Part shown: positions 30,711-41,158 of the stretch, piece after piece | How the letters are laid out: each line of letters starts with the position of its first letter | Numbering within the stretch: position 1 is the stretch's first letter | Assembly: GCA_963772715.1 (NCBI GenBank) | Contig: CAVYYM010000041.1 | Span: 73,345-137,344 of the forward strand | From: an uncultured Bacteroidota bacterium | Lineage (GTDB): Bacteria > Bacteroidota > Bacteroidia > Bacteroidales > VadinHA17 | Direction of reading: 5' to 3' | Length of the DNA: 64,000 nucleotides | Notes under the pieces: model-generated | Told to the model about the DNA's origin: nothing | Seen by the model: the letters and a program-made list of their open reading frames with translations, nothing else | The model's database searches: none | Made by a program: the position numbers and the translations under genes

Positions 30711-31550
30711 ATGAAAACGAGGATTTTTTCAATATTTGCAGCACTGGCAATATTTACTTTCACTGCATGCAACAAGGAATCGGATATCGACCAGGCCACT
30801 ATTGACATGGCCGATGACGAAGCGGTAAGCGATGCGATTTTCGAAGATATATTCAACACTGTCGATTATGCCGACATCATTCTTGATGATTACCAGATGG
30901 GTGGCTATGGAAAATCAGCAGTTGTCGATTCATGTCCGCTTGTAACCATTGATCATCCTGATGATGCTGTCTGGCCAAAGACTATAACCATCGATTTCGG
31001 AACACTCTGCACCGGATTATATGAAAATACAAGGGCAGGCAAAATAATCATCATGGTAACGGGTCCGAGACTGGAAACAGGAACTTCCAGAACCGTTACA
31101 TTTGATAATTATTATGTAAATGGCATAAAGGTCGAAGGCACGAAAGTAGTCGAGAACATGGGCTACAACAATAACCAGAACGTTGTGTTCTCGGTTACAC
31201 TTACCAGCGGCAAGCTGACGCTTCCCGACAACCGTACAATAGAACGCTCCTTCACTCATGAAAGGGAATGGATAGCCGGAATAATGACAAGATATATCTG
31301 GGATGATGAATGCCTGATCACTGGCACTGCTCATGGTGTGACACTTAATGGTGTCAGTTATTCGAACACAATTACAACTGCACTTCACTGGAAACGTGCA
31401 TGCAGATTCATCGTAAGCGGAGTGGTGAAGATCGAAAGGGAAGGATTTGAACCTGTTGAACTGAACTATGGAGACGGTGAATGTGATGCTTATGCGACAT
31501 TGACACTGAATGACAAGTCGAAAGAGATTTTACTAAGATATCACAGGTAA
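30711..31550 (+). CDS. Hypothetical lipoprotein
   Basis: Signal plus lipobox (LAIFTFTAC). 279 aa. I recognise no family. Confidence 0.55.
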   Translation: MKTRIFSIFAALAIFTFTACNKESDIDQATIDMADDEAVSDAIFEDIFNTVDYADIILDDYQMGGYGKSAVVDSCPLVTIDHPDDAVWPKTITIDFGTLCTGLYENTRAGKIIIMVTGPRLETGTSRTVTFDNYYVNGIKVEGTKVVENMGYNNNQNVVFSVTLTSGKLTLPDNRTIERSFTHEREWIAGIMTRYIWDDECLITGTAHGVTLNGVSYSNTITTALHWKRACRFIVSGVVKIEREGFEPVELNYGDGECDAYATLTLNDKSKEILLRYHR

Positions 31551-31573
31551 TGAATCCTTAGAATTACGGATTT

Positions 31574-31628
31574 GAATTGCGGATTGCGGATTCTGAATTC
31601 AGAAATCCGCAATTCGAATCCGCAATTC
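31574..31628. terminator. Long imperfect hairpin between convergent genes (bidirectional terminator candidate), with arms built from TGCGGAT repeats
   Basis: Three paired segments: 31574-31585 with 31617-31628 (12 bp perfect), 31586-31590 with 31606-31610, and 31591-31597 with 31598-31604. The hairpin abuts the clpX stop codon. There is no U tract. Confidence 0.55.
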
Positions 31629-32846
31629 TTATGAAGCCTTGAGGACCTTCATATCTATTCTTTCGAGCTTGCTGCTCGCATAATCTATGGTGATTGTCAG
31701 CTCGTCCCTTCCCAGTGACGGCATGTCGAACATGGCGTCGAGCATAATGGTTTCGCATATCGATCTGAGTCCGCGTGCGCCAAGCTTGAATTCCACTGCC
31801 TTGTCGACAATAAAATCAAGGACGCCATCAGCAAAGGTAAGCTCGACGTTATCCATCTTGAATAGCTTTACATATTGCTTGACGAGTGCATTTTTCGGTT
31901 CGGTGAGGATAGCTCTCAGGGCTTTCTTGTCGAGGGGATCGAGATGGGTCACGACCGGCAGTCTTCCGACGATCTCGGGAATCATCCCAAAAGCCCTCAG
32001 ATCCTGGGGAGCGATGTATTTCAGAAGATTATCCTTGTCGACCTTTTCCCTCGTCTTCGATGCTCCATAGCCAACAATCTGAGTATTCAGCCGCTGGGCG
32101 ATCTTCTTCTCGATACCCACAAAAGCTCCGCCGCAGATGAAGAGGATATTCTTGGTATCAACAGGTATCATTTTCTGCTCAGGATGCTTGCGTCCACCCT
32201 GCGGAGGAACATTGACTATCGATCCTTCGAGCAGCTTCAGCAGTCCCTGCTGCACACCCTCTCCCGAGACGTCACGTGTTATTGAGGGATTATCGCCTTC
32301 TTTCCTGGCTATTTTGTCGATCTCGTCGATAAAAACAATGCCTTTTTCCGCAGCCTTCACATCATAATCGGCATTCTGGAGAAGACGGGTGAGAAGGCTC
32401 TCGATATCCTCGCCCACATATCCTGCTTCGGTAAGCACGGTGGCATCAACTATGGTGAATGGAACATGAAGCATCCTGGCCACGGTTCTTGCCAGAAGGG
32501 TCTTTCCGGTACCTGTCTCACCGACAAGGATGATATTTGATTTTTCTATCTCGATGTCGTCCGGATCAGGTTTCTGCATCAAGCGCTTATAGTGGTTGTA
32601 AACGGCGACGGATATGATCTTTTTGGCCATATCCTGCCCGATGACATACTGGTCGAGGAAGTTCTTTATCTCTGCGGGCTTAAGAAGATTGATGGTATCG
32701 AAGGCTACATTCTTCTTGATACCGAGCTCTTCGTTCATAATGCCATGGGCCTGCTCGATGCAATGGTCGCATATATGTCCCTCGAGGCCCGCAATAAGTA
32801 TGTTAGCCTCTTTTTTTGTCCTGCCGCAGAATGAACACTTATCCAT
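31629..32846 (-). CDS. clpX: ATP-dependent Clp protease ATP-binding subunit ClpX
   Basis: The N-terminal zinc motif CSFCGR...CDHC, Walker A GETGTGKT, Walker [10 protein letters not shown] and the pore loop GYVGED. Confidence 0.95.
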   Translation of the reverse strand: MDKCSFCGRTKKEANILIAGLEGHICDHCIEQAHGIMNEELGIKKNVAFDTINLLKPAEIKNFLDQYVIGQDMAKKIISVAVYNHYKRLMQKPDPDDIEIEKSNIILVGETGTGKTLLARTVARMLHVPFTIVDATVLTEAGYVGEDIESLLTRLLQNADYDVKAAEKGIVFIDEIDKIARKEGDNPSITRDVSGEGVQQGLLKLLEGSIVNVPPQGGRKHPEQKMIPVDTKNILFICGGAFVGIEKKIAQRLNTQIVGYGASKTREKVDKDNLLKYIAPQDLRAFGMIPEIVGRLPVVTHLDPLDKKALRAILTEPKNALVKQYVKLFKMDNVELTFADGVLDFIVDKAVEFKLGARGLRSICETIMLDAMFDMPSLGRDELTITIDYASSKLERIDMKVLKAS

Positions 32847-32848
32847 TT

Positions 32849-33532
32849 CTATTTATGATCGTTTCTTGTCAGGATCTCATCTATCATCCCGTAATCCTTA
32901 GCTTCCTGGGCTGTCATCCAGTGGTCCCTGTCAGAATCTTTTTCGACTTTTTCCAGAGTATTGCCTGAGTGGAGAGCTATAATTTCATAAAGCTCCTGTT
33001 TGATCTTCATGATCTCACGAGCCTGTATTTCAATATCCGAGGCCTGACCTTCAAAGCCGCCCATAGGCTGATGGATCATTATCCTGGAATGCTTCAGGGC
33101 TGATCTCTTACCTTTTGTGCCGGCTGTAAGAAGGACGGCACCCATGGATGCTGCCATGCCGGTACAGATGGTTGCAATGTCGGCCGATATATACTGCATT
33201 GTGTCGTAGATGCCAAGTCCGGCATTGACACTTCCTCCCGGTGTGTTGAAATAGATCTGTATATCCTTGCCCGGATCTGAGGAATCGAGATAGAGAAGCT
33301 GTGCCTGTATGATATTGGCAACATAATCATCGATCGGCAGGCCGAGGAAGATTATCCTGTCCATCATCAGTCTTGAAAAGACGTCCATTGAAGCCACATT
33401 AAGCTGTCTTTCCTCGATGATGGTGGGAGAAATATAGCTGTCGTCAACGATGGAGATATATTTATTAAGAGTGAGGCTGCTTAAGCCGCGCTTGCTTCCG
33501 GCAAATTTTCCGAAATCGTCAATTATATTCAT
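32849..33532 (-). CDS. clpP: ATP-dependent Clp protease proteolytic subunit ClpP
   Basis: [11 protein letters not shown], the catalytic region [11 protein letters not shown], and IMIHQP. Confidence 0.95.
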   Translation of the reverse strand: MNIIDDFGKFAGSKRGLSSLTLNKYISIVDDSYISPTIIEERQLNVASMDVFSRLMMDRIIFLGLPIDDYVANIIQAQLLYLDSSDPGKDIQIYFNTPGGSVNAGLGIYDTMQYISADIATICTGMAASMGAVLLTAGTKGKRSALKHSRIMIHQPMGGFEGQASDIEIQAREIMKIKQELYEIIALHSGNTLEKVEKDSDRDHWMTAQEAKDYGMIDEILTRNDHK

Positions 33533-33584
33533 TTTACCTTATTTTAAGATTAAGCATCAAATATACAAAAATTATAAATACAAC

Positions 33585-34949
33585 TTATTCAGCAGGTTGT
33601 GGTTCAAAAAGCTTATTGAACTCATCGACGGTCACTTTCTTTTCCTCTGTCCTGACAAGTTCTTTCATCTTGATTAAAACCTTGTCTTCCAAAATTTTAT
33701 CGGCTATTCTTTTTGCATCTTCCTCTTTCCTGAGAGTCTCTTTTGCATAATTGGTAATCTGTTCGTCGGTTGCATAAAAGAGTCCGTACTGCTGAAACTG
33801 GTACCTGGTTATTTTTTCAGCCTCATTCAGGAGCTCCTCCTCGCTGATCTTCATTTCATTGTCTTTTGCCACCTTATTTCTTATGAGCTGCCATTTCAGA
33901 TCGCCCCTGAAGCTGTCAAATTCCTTTTCAATCTGTTCGCTGGTGGTGTTCTCATTCACCTTCAGGAGCCACTTTTTAAGGAACTCTTCAGGAAGGTTGA
34001 AGCTGGTATTATCAAGAACCAGCTTCTTGATATCCTGCATAAGTTTGAAATCGGTTTCACGCTTAAGGCTGACGGCAATTTCCTCTTCGAGCTTTTTCAT
34101 GAATTCCTCTTCGGAGTTTACAACTCCTTCGCCGTAGATCCTGTTGAAAAGCTCCTGATTCAGCTCTGCAGGGGTGAATCTTGTAATTTCACCGATTGTA
34201 AACCTGAATTTACCTTCGAGACCTTCGACTTCTTCTTTCTTTTTGCCGACAAGGCCTGCAATCTCATTGTCATTCGGGAAAGCCTTCTTCAGGTCGAAAT
34301 CTATCGATTCGTTTTCCTTTTTGCCTATGAATTCCTTTTTAGCCTCTTCATCCCTGATGATATCGACTGCAAGAGTCGATTTGTCATTCACGGGGCCTTC
34401 GGCTTTTGGATTGCCCTGATCGTCAATTGCTTCTATCTTTCCCTTCAGGATATCCTTGTCCTCGACAATCTCGGATCTTTTAAATTCACCAAAGCGGCGG
34501 GTATAGTTGTTGAGATAGTCGTTCTTCATCTTTTCGTCGATGATGATCTCATAGAGATCGACATTGTTCTTTTTGCCGAAATTAAGTTCCACTGCGGGTG
34601 CAAGGCCAAGCTCGAATGAAAATTTGAAATCATCCTGTTTCTCAAAGTCGATCTTTTCCTGTTCGTCGGCTTTCGGAAGAGGATCTCCGAGGATCTCTAT
34701 CTTCTCGTCGGTTATGTACTTGTGGATATTTTCATTGACAACCTTGTTTATTTCATCGACCTTTACAGCAAAGCCATACATTTTCCTGATCAGGTCTATC
34801 GGAACCATTCCCGGCCGGAATCCCTTGATATTGGCCTTTCTACGATAGTCCTTAAGTACTTTCTCAATTTTTTCCTGGTAATCAGCTTTCTCAATCCTGA
34901 CATTCAGAACCGCATTCAGATCATCGATGTTTTCCCTTGTGATATTCAT
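33585..34949 (-). CDS. tig: Trigger factor
   Basis: MNITRENIDDLNAVLNVRI... and GFRPGMVP (the ribosome-binding signature). The ATG at 34949 is preferred over 34991. Confidence 0.9.
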   Translation of the reverse strand: MNITRENIDDLNAVLNVRIEKADYQEKIEKVLKDYRRKANIKGFRPGMVPIDLIRKMYGFAVKVDEINKVVNENIHKYITDEKIEILGDPLPKADEQEKIDFEKQDDFKFSFELGLAPAVELNFGKKNNVDLYEIIIDEKMKNDYLNNYTRRFGEFKRSEIVEDKDILKGKIEAIDDQGNPKAEGPVNDKSTLAVDIIRDEEAKKEFIGKKENESIDFDLKKAFPNDNEIAGLVGKKKEEVEGLEGKFRFTIGEITRFTPAELNQELFNRIYGEGVVNSEEEFMKKLEEEIAVSLKRETDFKLMQDIKKLVLDNTSFNLPEEFLKKWLLKVNENTTSEQIEKEFDSFRGDLKWQLIRNKVAKDNEMKISEEELLNEAEKITRYQFQQYGLFYATDEQITNYAKETLRKEEDAKRIADKILEDKVLIKMKELVRTEEKKVTVDEFNKLFEPQPAE

Positions 34950-35024
34950 GTTTCCTTTTTTGATTGTATTTAAAAAACCGCCAAAACTCATATTTGTTCA
35001 GGTTATGGGCGGTTTTCATTATTG

Positions 35025-35107
35025 TGCGGATGAAGGGACTCGAACCCCCACGTCTTTAAGACACAAGATCCTAAGTCTTGCTCGGCTACCAATTACGACA
35101 CATCCGC
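35025..35107 (-). tRNA. tRNA-Leu (anticodon UAG), type II with a long variable arm
   Basis: Reverse complement: GCGGATG TG TCG TAATTGGTAGC CGA G CAAGA CTTAGGA TCTTG TGTCTTAAAGACGT GGGGG TTCGAGT CCCTT CATCCGC A. It has a 7-bp acceptor stem, a 3-bp D stem, a T-loop TTCGAGT and no encoded CCA. Confidence 0.9.
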
Positions 35108-35159
35108 GTAAAACCGGTGCAAAAGTACAGAAAATTATTTGTTTGGCAAAGAATTGCCC

Positions 35160-35885
35160 TTACCTGCGAAGCTCGAAGTTCTTTCCGAGGTATACTTTTC
35201 TAACGTGTTCGTCTTCAGCAAGTTGTGAAGAAGTGCCTGATTTGAGGATCTTTCCTTCGAAAAGAAGGTAGGCCCTGTCGGTTATCGAAAGGGTTTCGTG
35301 GACGTTATGGTCAGTGATAAGAATCCCGATGTTTTTGTCCTTCAGGTGGGAAACTATGCTCTGAATATCCTCCACAGCTATAGGGTCGACTCCTGCGAAC
35401 GGTTCATCGAGGAGGATGAAATTCGGCTTGAGGGCAAGGGCTCTGGCTATCTCTGTTCTTCTTCTTTCACCGCCTGACAGCTGTATGCCTTTGCTTTTCC
35501 TGATCTTCTGCAATCCGAATTCGTTAAGAAGGTTCTCCACCCTATCCTGCTGTTCCTTTCTGGGGAATCCCGACATTTCAAGAACTGCCTTCAGGTTATC
35601 CTCGACTGACAGGTTCCTGAATACGGAAGCCTCCTGGGCCAGGTATCCAATGCCCTTGCGGGCACGCTTGTAGACGGGCAGTGTAGTAATCTCCTCTTTA
35701 TCAAGGAAAATCTTTCCCTCCTTTGGCCTGATGAGGCCTACGATCATGTAAAAGGAGGTGGTTTTACCGGCGCCATTTGGTCCGAGCAGCCCGACTATCT
35801 CTCCCTGTTCAACCTCAATAGAAACATGGTCGACAACTGTTCTGTTGCGATACTTTTTAACCAGGCTTTCAGTATAAAGTTTCAT
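35160..35885 (-). CDS. lptB: LPS export ABC transporter ATP-binding protein LptB
   Basis: 241 aa. Walker [10 protein letters not shown], signature LSGGERRR, Walker [13 protein letters not shown]. The C-terminal tail is typical of LptB. Confidence 0.9.
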   Translation of the reverse strand: MKLYTESLVKKYRNRTVVDHVSIEVEQGEIVGLLGPNGAGKTTSFYMIVGLIRPKEGKIFLDKEEITTLPVYKRARKGIGYLAQEASVFRNLSVEDNLKAVLEMSGFPRKEQQDRVENLLNEFGLQKIRKSKGIQLSGGERRRTEIARALALKPNFILLDEPFAGVDPIAVEDIQSIVSHLKDKNIGILITDHNVHETLSITDRAYLLFEGKILKSGTSSQLAEDEHVRKVYLGKNFELRR

Positions 35886-35915
35886 TGGAAGGAATTATAT
35901 TGTTTCATTAGCTGT

Positions 35916-36800
35916 CTATGCTTCTTCATTCCCGCTCATGAAATCGTCATGCTTCTTCTTCTTTGACCTCATAACTCCGGCAGAAATGAAAATGCTAACC
36001 TCATAAAGTATCAGAAGAGGTATGGCTACCAGTGTCTGAGAGAAAACATCAGGAGGAGTTATAATGGCTGCTATGATGAAAATAACTACGATCGAATGCT
36101 TCCTGTACTTCCTCATGAATGCGGGAGTGATCACACCTATCTTCGTCAGGAAAAATGCAATTATCGGAAGTTCGAACACAACTCCTGTGGCAAAACATAC
36201 CGAAGTGAGCGTTCCGATGTAGGATCTGATATTAATCTGGTTCGCAACATTCGGACTGACCTGATATGAAGTGAGAAAGTGAATTGACAGGGGAGCCAGC
36301 ACAAAGTATCCGAACAGGATTCCGGTAAAGAAAAGCAGTGTGGAAGCGAGAACGGCGCCTCTTGCATGCTTTGCCTCATTGGAATGGAGTGCAGGTCTGA
36401 AGAAAGCCCAGAACTCGCGGATAACGAACGGAAAGGCAAGGATCAGTCCGGCAACCAGCGCAACAATGATATGTGTTGTGATCTGGCCTGCCATCTTAAT
36501 GCTTATCAGAGTGAATTCGTTATTGTTGATGCAGAGTATATCCGGATTCTCGGTATTCCAGACATCGTGCAGATAATGTCCGAACTGGCAAAGCAGTCGG
36601 TTCGAAATAAATTCCGGTCTGGAAGGTGCGATAAGAATAGTGTCGAAGAGCAAGCTTTTGAAGGCGAATGCCACAAACATGAAAGCGACAATAGCGATTA
36701 CGGAACGGATGATATGCCATCTGAGCTCTTCAAGATGTTCCAGAAATGACATCTCCGCTTCACCCTTCTTCCCGGTTTTCCAGTTAATCGCCATAACCAA
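35916..36800 (-). CDS. tatC: Twin-arginine translocase subunit TatC
   Basis: MSFLEHLEELRWHIIRS (the TatC N-terminal signature) plus 6 TM helices. The start may instead be the ATG at 36752. Confidence 0.88.
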   Translation of the reverse strand: MVMAINWKTGKKGEAEMSFLEHLEELRWHIIRSVIAIVAFMFVAFAFKSLLFDTILIAPSRPEFISNRLLCQFGHYLHDVWNTENPDILCINNNEFTLISIKMAGQITTHIIVALVAGLILAFPFVIREFWAFFRPALHSNEAKHARGAVLASTLLFFTGILFGYFVLAPLSIHFLTSYQVSPNVANQINIRSYIGTLTSVCFATGVVFELPIIAFFLTKIGVITPAFMRKYRKHSIVVIFIIAAIITPPDVFSQTLVAIPLLILYEVSIFISAGVMRSKKKKHDDFMSGNEEA

Positions 36801-37002
36801 TCACGTCATTTGAAATTCAGCGTGTAAAGATGATAAATCTTATAATTCAAAACAACATCGGCATAATGTTATGTTGGATTAAGAAAAAACATTTGTGTTA
36901 ATTATTTATTAAAACATTATTATAATATGGAAAATGATTAACTTAGATAAACTGTTGGAGAATATATAACTGACAGAGAGTGATTAATTCTTAGGGGAAT
37001 TA

Positions 37003-39184
37003 ATGGTAAACGACAAGACTACACATGACTATCTGAAAAGGTATTTCGGCTTCGACACCTTTAAGGGGAACCAGGAACAGATCATCAGGAATGTGCTTGA
37101 AGGAAGGGATACCTTCGTGCTTATGCCCACCGGCGGAGGAAAATCGCTTTGCTATCAGCTTCCTGCAGTCATGGGAGAGGGGACAGCCATTGTGATCTCG
37201 CCCCTGATTGCACTGATGAAAAACCAGGTCGACGCAATGCGCAATTTCAGCACCAACGACGATGTGGCGCATTTCCTTAATTCATCGCTGACAAAAACGG
37301 AAATAGCACGGGTGAAGAAGGATGTGATGGAACATCAGACCAAGCTTCTCTATGTTGCACCCGAATCACTTACAAAAGAGGAGAATATTGAATTCCTGAA
37401 GAACATAAAAATATCGTTCTATGCGGTCGATGAAGCCCATTGCATATCGGAATGGGGACACGATTTCAGGCCTGAGTACAGGCGTATCAGGCCAATCATC
37501 GACACGATCGGACGCTCTCCGATAATTGCCCTTACTGCAACGGCAACTCCGAAGGTGCAGCACGACATACAGAAAAACCTTGGCATTCTCGAGGCAGATG
37601 TCTTCAAATCCTCATTTAACAGGCCGAACCTTTATTACGAGGTTAAATCGAAGCAGGATGTCACAAAGGAGATAATCAAATATATTAAAGAACAATACCG
37701 GGAAATCCGGGATTATTTATTGCCTGAGCCGCAAGAAAGTTGAGGAAATGGCTGAGGTGCTGAAGGTGAATGGCATCAAGGCCCTCCCTTACCATGCCGG
37801 CATGGATTCGGCAACACGAACCCAGAACCAGGATATGTTCCTGATGGAGGAGGCCGACGTTATTGTTGCAACCATTGCATTCGGGATGGGTATCGACAAG
37901 CCTGATGTCAGATTCGTGATCCATTACGATATTCCGAAGAGCCTCGAAGGCTATTACCAGGAAACCGGCCGTGCAGGCCGCGACGGAGGCGAAGGCAACT
38001 GTATCGCATATTACAGCTATAACGATATAGTAAAGCTGGAGAAATTCATGCAGGGAAAACCCATCGCCGAACAGGAGATAGGGAAACAGCTGCTTCTCGA
38101 GACGGTTTCATATGCCGAATCGTCAGTATGCCGGAGGAAGCTGCTGCTTCATTATTTCGGTGAAGAGTACGAGAAGGAAAACTGCGAGGCATGCGATAAC
38201 TGCCTCCATCCGAAGGACCAGTTCGAGGGAAGCGAAGCCGTCGTCAATGTTCTCGAGACGATACTGGCAGTGAAGGAGAAATTCAAGGCCGATCATATTG
38301 CCCATATTCTGTCGGGCAAGGTCACATCAGCAGTCAAGTCATACAAGCATAATAAGCTGGAATATTTCGGGATTGGCGAGGACAAGGATGAGAAATTCTG
38401 GAACATGGTCATCAGGCAGGCCCTCATAGCCAAATTTCTTACAAAGGATATCGAGAATTACGGCCTTCTGAAGATTACCGAGAAGGGGATGGAGTTCATT
38501 GAAAAGCCGACCTCTTTCATGCTTGCCGAGGATCATGACTATGCAGACACTACCGACGAGGAGAATGCTTTCGGCGCCAAGACCGCTGCAGTCGACGAAG
38601 AGCTGTTCAGCATCCTGAAGGACCTGAGGAAGAAAATTTCGAAGCAGAAAGATGTGCCGCCATTTGTGATCTTCCAGGACCCGTCTCTCGAAGATATGGC
38701 TATTCAATACCCGATTACTCTCGATGAATTGCAGAATATTTCGGGTGTGGGGGCCGGCAAGGCACAGCGGTATGGTAAGGAGTTCGTTGAAATAATCAAG
38801 AAGTACGTCGAGGAGAAGGAGATACTGAGGCCTCTCGACATGGTGGTCAAGTCGGTCGTTAATAAATCAGGAATTAAGGTATATATTATCCAGAGCATCG
38901 ACATGAAACGGCCGCTGGAGGATATTGCAGAGGCAAAAGGACTGGAAATGGGTGAAGTGATTTCCGAGATCGAGGCGATAGTCAATTCAGGCACGAGGCT
39001 GAATCTCGATTATTATATCGACACCGTTATCGATGAGGATCGTCAGCATGATATATTTTCCTATTTCAGGGAAGAGGCAGAATCGGATTCGCTTGAAGCT
39101 GCCATCAAGGAGCTTGGCAACGAATTCGAGGAAGAAGAGATAAGACTTATGAGGATCAAATTCCTGTCGGAAATGGGAAATTAA
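37003..39184 (+). pseudogene. recQ: ATP-dependent DNA helicase RecQ, split by a +1 frameshift at about 37676-37692
   Basis: ORF 1 carries FKGNQEQII, MPTGGGKSLCYQ and DEAHCISEWGHDFRPEY. Frame 2 reads KNNTGKSGIIYCLSRKKVEEMAEVL and continues into ORF 2 (ATIAFGMGIDKPDVRFVIHYD, the zinc-finger Cys cluster and the C-terminal HRDC). Confidence 0.9.
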
Positions 39185-39199
39185 GGACACTAACAGTGT

Positions 39200-39484
39200 A
39201 TGAGAAAAAAAAGATTCAGGATCATTCATTATAATAACGGGGATAATTCTTTCTATGATACAAAGGTGAAAACCTGGCTCGGGTGGATCTCTTTCTCCGT
39301 ATTTTTCAAGACAGACCTTGTACATGTCATATCCGACCCTTCAGATCAGAAATCACTGGCTTACGAGCGTATTTTTCAGTATTGCGATGTAAAAGGCTAT
39401 GACAGGAAAAACGTTGTGATATCTGAGATAAATGAAAAGAGGAAGAAGAAATGGATTTTCTTTCAAAGAATCTTATCTGAATAA
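39200..39484 (+). CDS. Hypothetical small protein (94 aa)
   Basis: An ORF 15 nt after recQ. I recognise no family, so coding status is uncertain. Confidence 0.35.
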   Translation: MRKKRFRIIHYNNGDNSFYDTKVKTWLGWISFSVFFKTDLVHVISDPSDQKSLAYERIFQYCDVKGYDRKNVVISEINEKRKKKWIFFQRILSE

Positions 39485-39508
39485 TATTTCTGAAAGAGAT
39501 TGAAATAT

Positions 39509-40595
39509 TTAATCCCAGCGGTTGCCTCCGCAAACAGCTTTAAGAACTACACTCAATATATAATAGGTATAGAAGATCTGAGATGGAATAAACCATTTCA
39601 TCAGATCCCTCTTCCCATATCTGGAGGCTATATTGCTGATTATAAGATAATCGGGGATCGACTTCAGCGCGAACCATGCAAGAAATACAAGCAGGTAAAC
39701 AGGATTAAAAATTCCTGCGATTAGCAAAAGAGGCTGAAGCAAAATTGTAACAAATGTTACAATTGCCAGAATAATGGTGTAACTGTCAGTGTATGATCCG
39801 GCTTTCGAGATCCACCGTGCTCTCTGACGCAGGAATGAAGAGAATGTCGGGGATGTTCCTGTCGAAACAAGGGCTTCCTTTGATTCAAGCCACGGAATTT
39901 TCCATTCCCTTTTCTTGTTTGATATTATGAAGGAGAAAAACATCATCGCCGCTTACTTTTTCATCATGGAGGTTCCCGGAATACTTCTGATAAGCTTCTT
40001 TTGAGAATGACAGGTTGGCGCCATTGCACATCACAGGATTTCCTGCCGCTGCAGTTCCGGCTGTAACACCCTGAAGACTCAGAAATTCAAGCTCCTGGAA
40101 CCGCTGAAAAAAGCCTCTGCCGCCCTTCAGTTCAACCGGACAAATAATCATTCCAGGCTTATTCCCGGCATAAAACGAAGTGATCGTATTAATCCAGCCG
40201 ATCCCGACACGGCAATCTGCATCAGTGGTAATAACAAGTTCTCCCTGGCAGGCTTCCACTCCGGTTTTAATTGCATTCTTTTTACCTGAACCGGAGTTGT
40301 TTATGATTTTAAGGTTCTTAATTCCGGTGAAACAGGATGCAATTTTAAAGGTTGTGTCAGTAGAATTGTCATCAATAATGATCACTTCAAACAGGTCAGG
40401 ATTATAATTCTGAGCAGCAATATCTGACAGGAGCGGAGGAAGGTTTTTTTCTTCATTCCTGCAGGCAACAATAACAGAAACAAATACATCTGATGATTCC
40501 GGTGGAATGTATGGCCGGATTTTTCGAAGGGAGAAATATATCTTCAGGAGCAGGTATAAATAAGGAATGAGCAATATGAGTGCAAGCCACTGCAT
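39509..40595 (-). pseudogene. Membrane-bound family 2 glycosyltransferase of the processive type (QxxRW), with a +1 frameshift near 39909-39920
   Basis: The N-terminal ORF has an N-terminal TM segment, VIVACRNEE, IIDDNSTD and TDADC. The C-terminal ORF has QRARW followed by about 4 TM helices. The junction reads LLHNIK|KKREWKIPWLES. Confidence 0.8.
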
Positions 40596-40596
40596 A

Positions 40597-41046
40597 TTAT
40601 TTTCTCATCCATTCGTAGAAGCTGTAATGTTCTGAGCTCATGCCGAGAGCTTCGTAAGTCTTTTGTGCCCTGGAATTTTTCGTTTCAACATAGAGCCTTA
40701 ACCCGGCAATGTCCTGTTCTTCAGCCAGCTGCCTGATGTAGTTGTACATTTTTCTGAAGATCCCCTGTCTGCGGAATTCAGGAGCAACATAGACCGACTG
40801 GAACCACCATACGTTGCAATTCCGCCAGTCGCTCCATTCGTATGTGATAAGAAGGGACGCGATTACATAACCGTCATTATCAGCGACATAATATTGTCCC
40901 CTCGAAGGATCGTCAAATACTGCCTGAACTCCTTTGGTGACTGTCTCAGGAACAAGCTTCATCTCTTCCGTTTCCCAGGCCATATTCACCTGGAAGTAAA
41001 TGATTGCCCGGGCATCTTCCGGTGTTGCTTTACGGATCGATATCAT
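40597..41046 (-). CDS. GNAT family N-acetyltransferase
   Basis: 149 aa. Motif A region VAPEFRRQGIFRKM (the Q/RxxGxG/A-like acetyl-CoA loop). Confidence 0.85.
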   Translation of the reverse strand: MISIRKATPEDARAIIYFQVNMAWETEEMKLVPETVTKGVQAVFDDPSRGQYYVADNDGYVIASLLITYEWSDWRNCNVWWFQSVYVAPEFRRQGIFRKMYNYIRQLAEEQDIAGLRLYVETKNSRAQKTYEALGMSSEHYSFYEWMRK

Positions 41047-41158
41047 AATATTGTCTTATTGTCTTGCTTCCGCTGCGCGGAACTTCGTCTCCGCCAACCG
41101 GCGGATCCTTGAGTCTGCAGTCTTGCAAGTCTTTTTCTTTTATCTTTTGTCTTTTATC

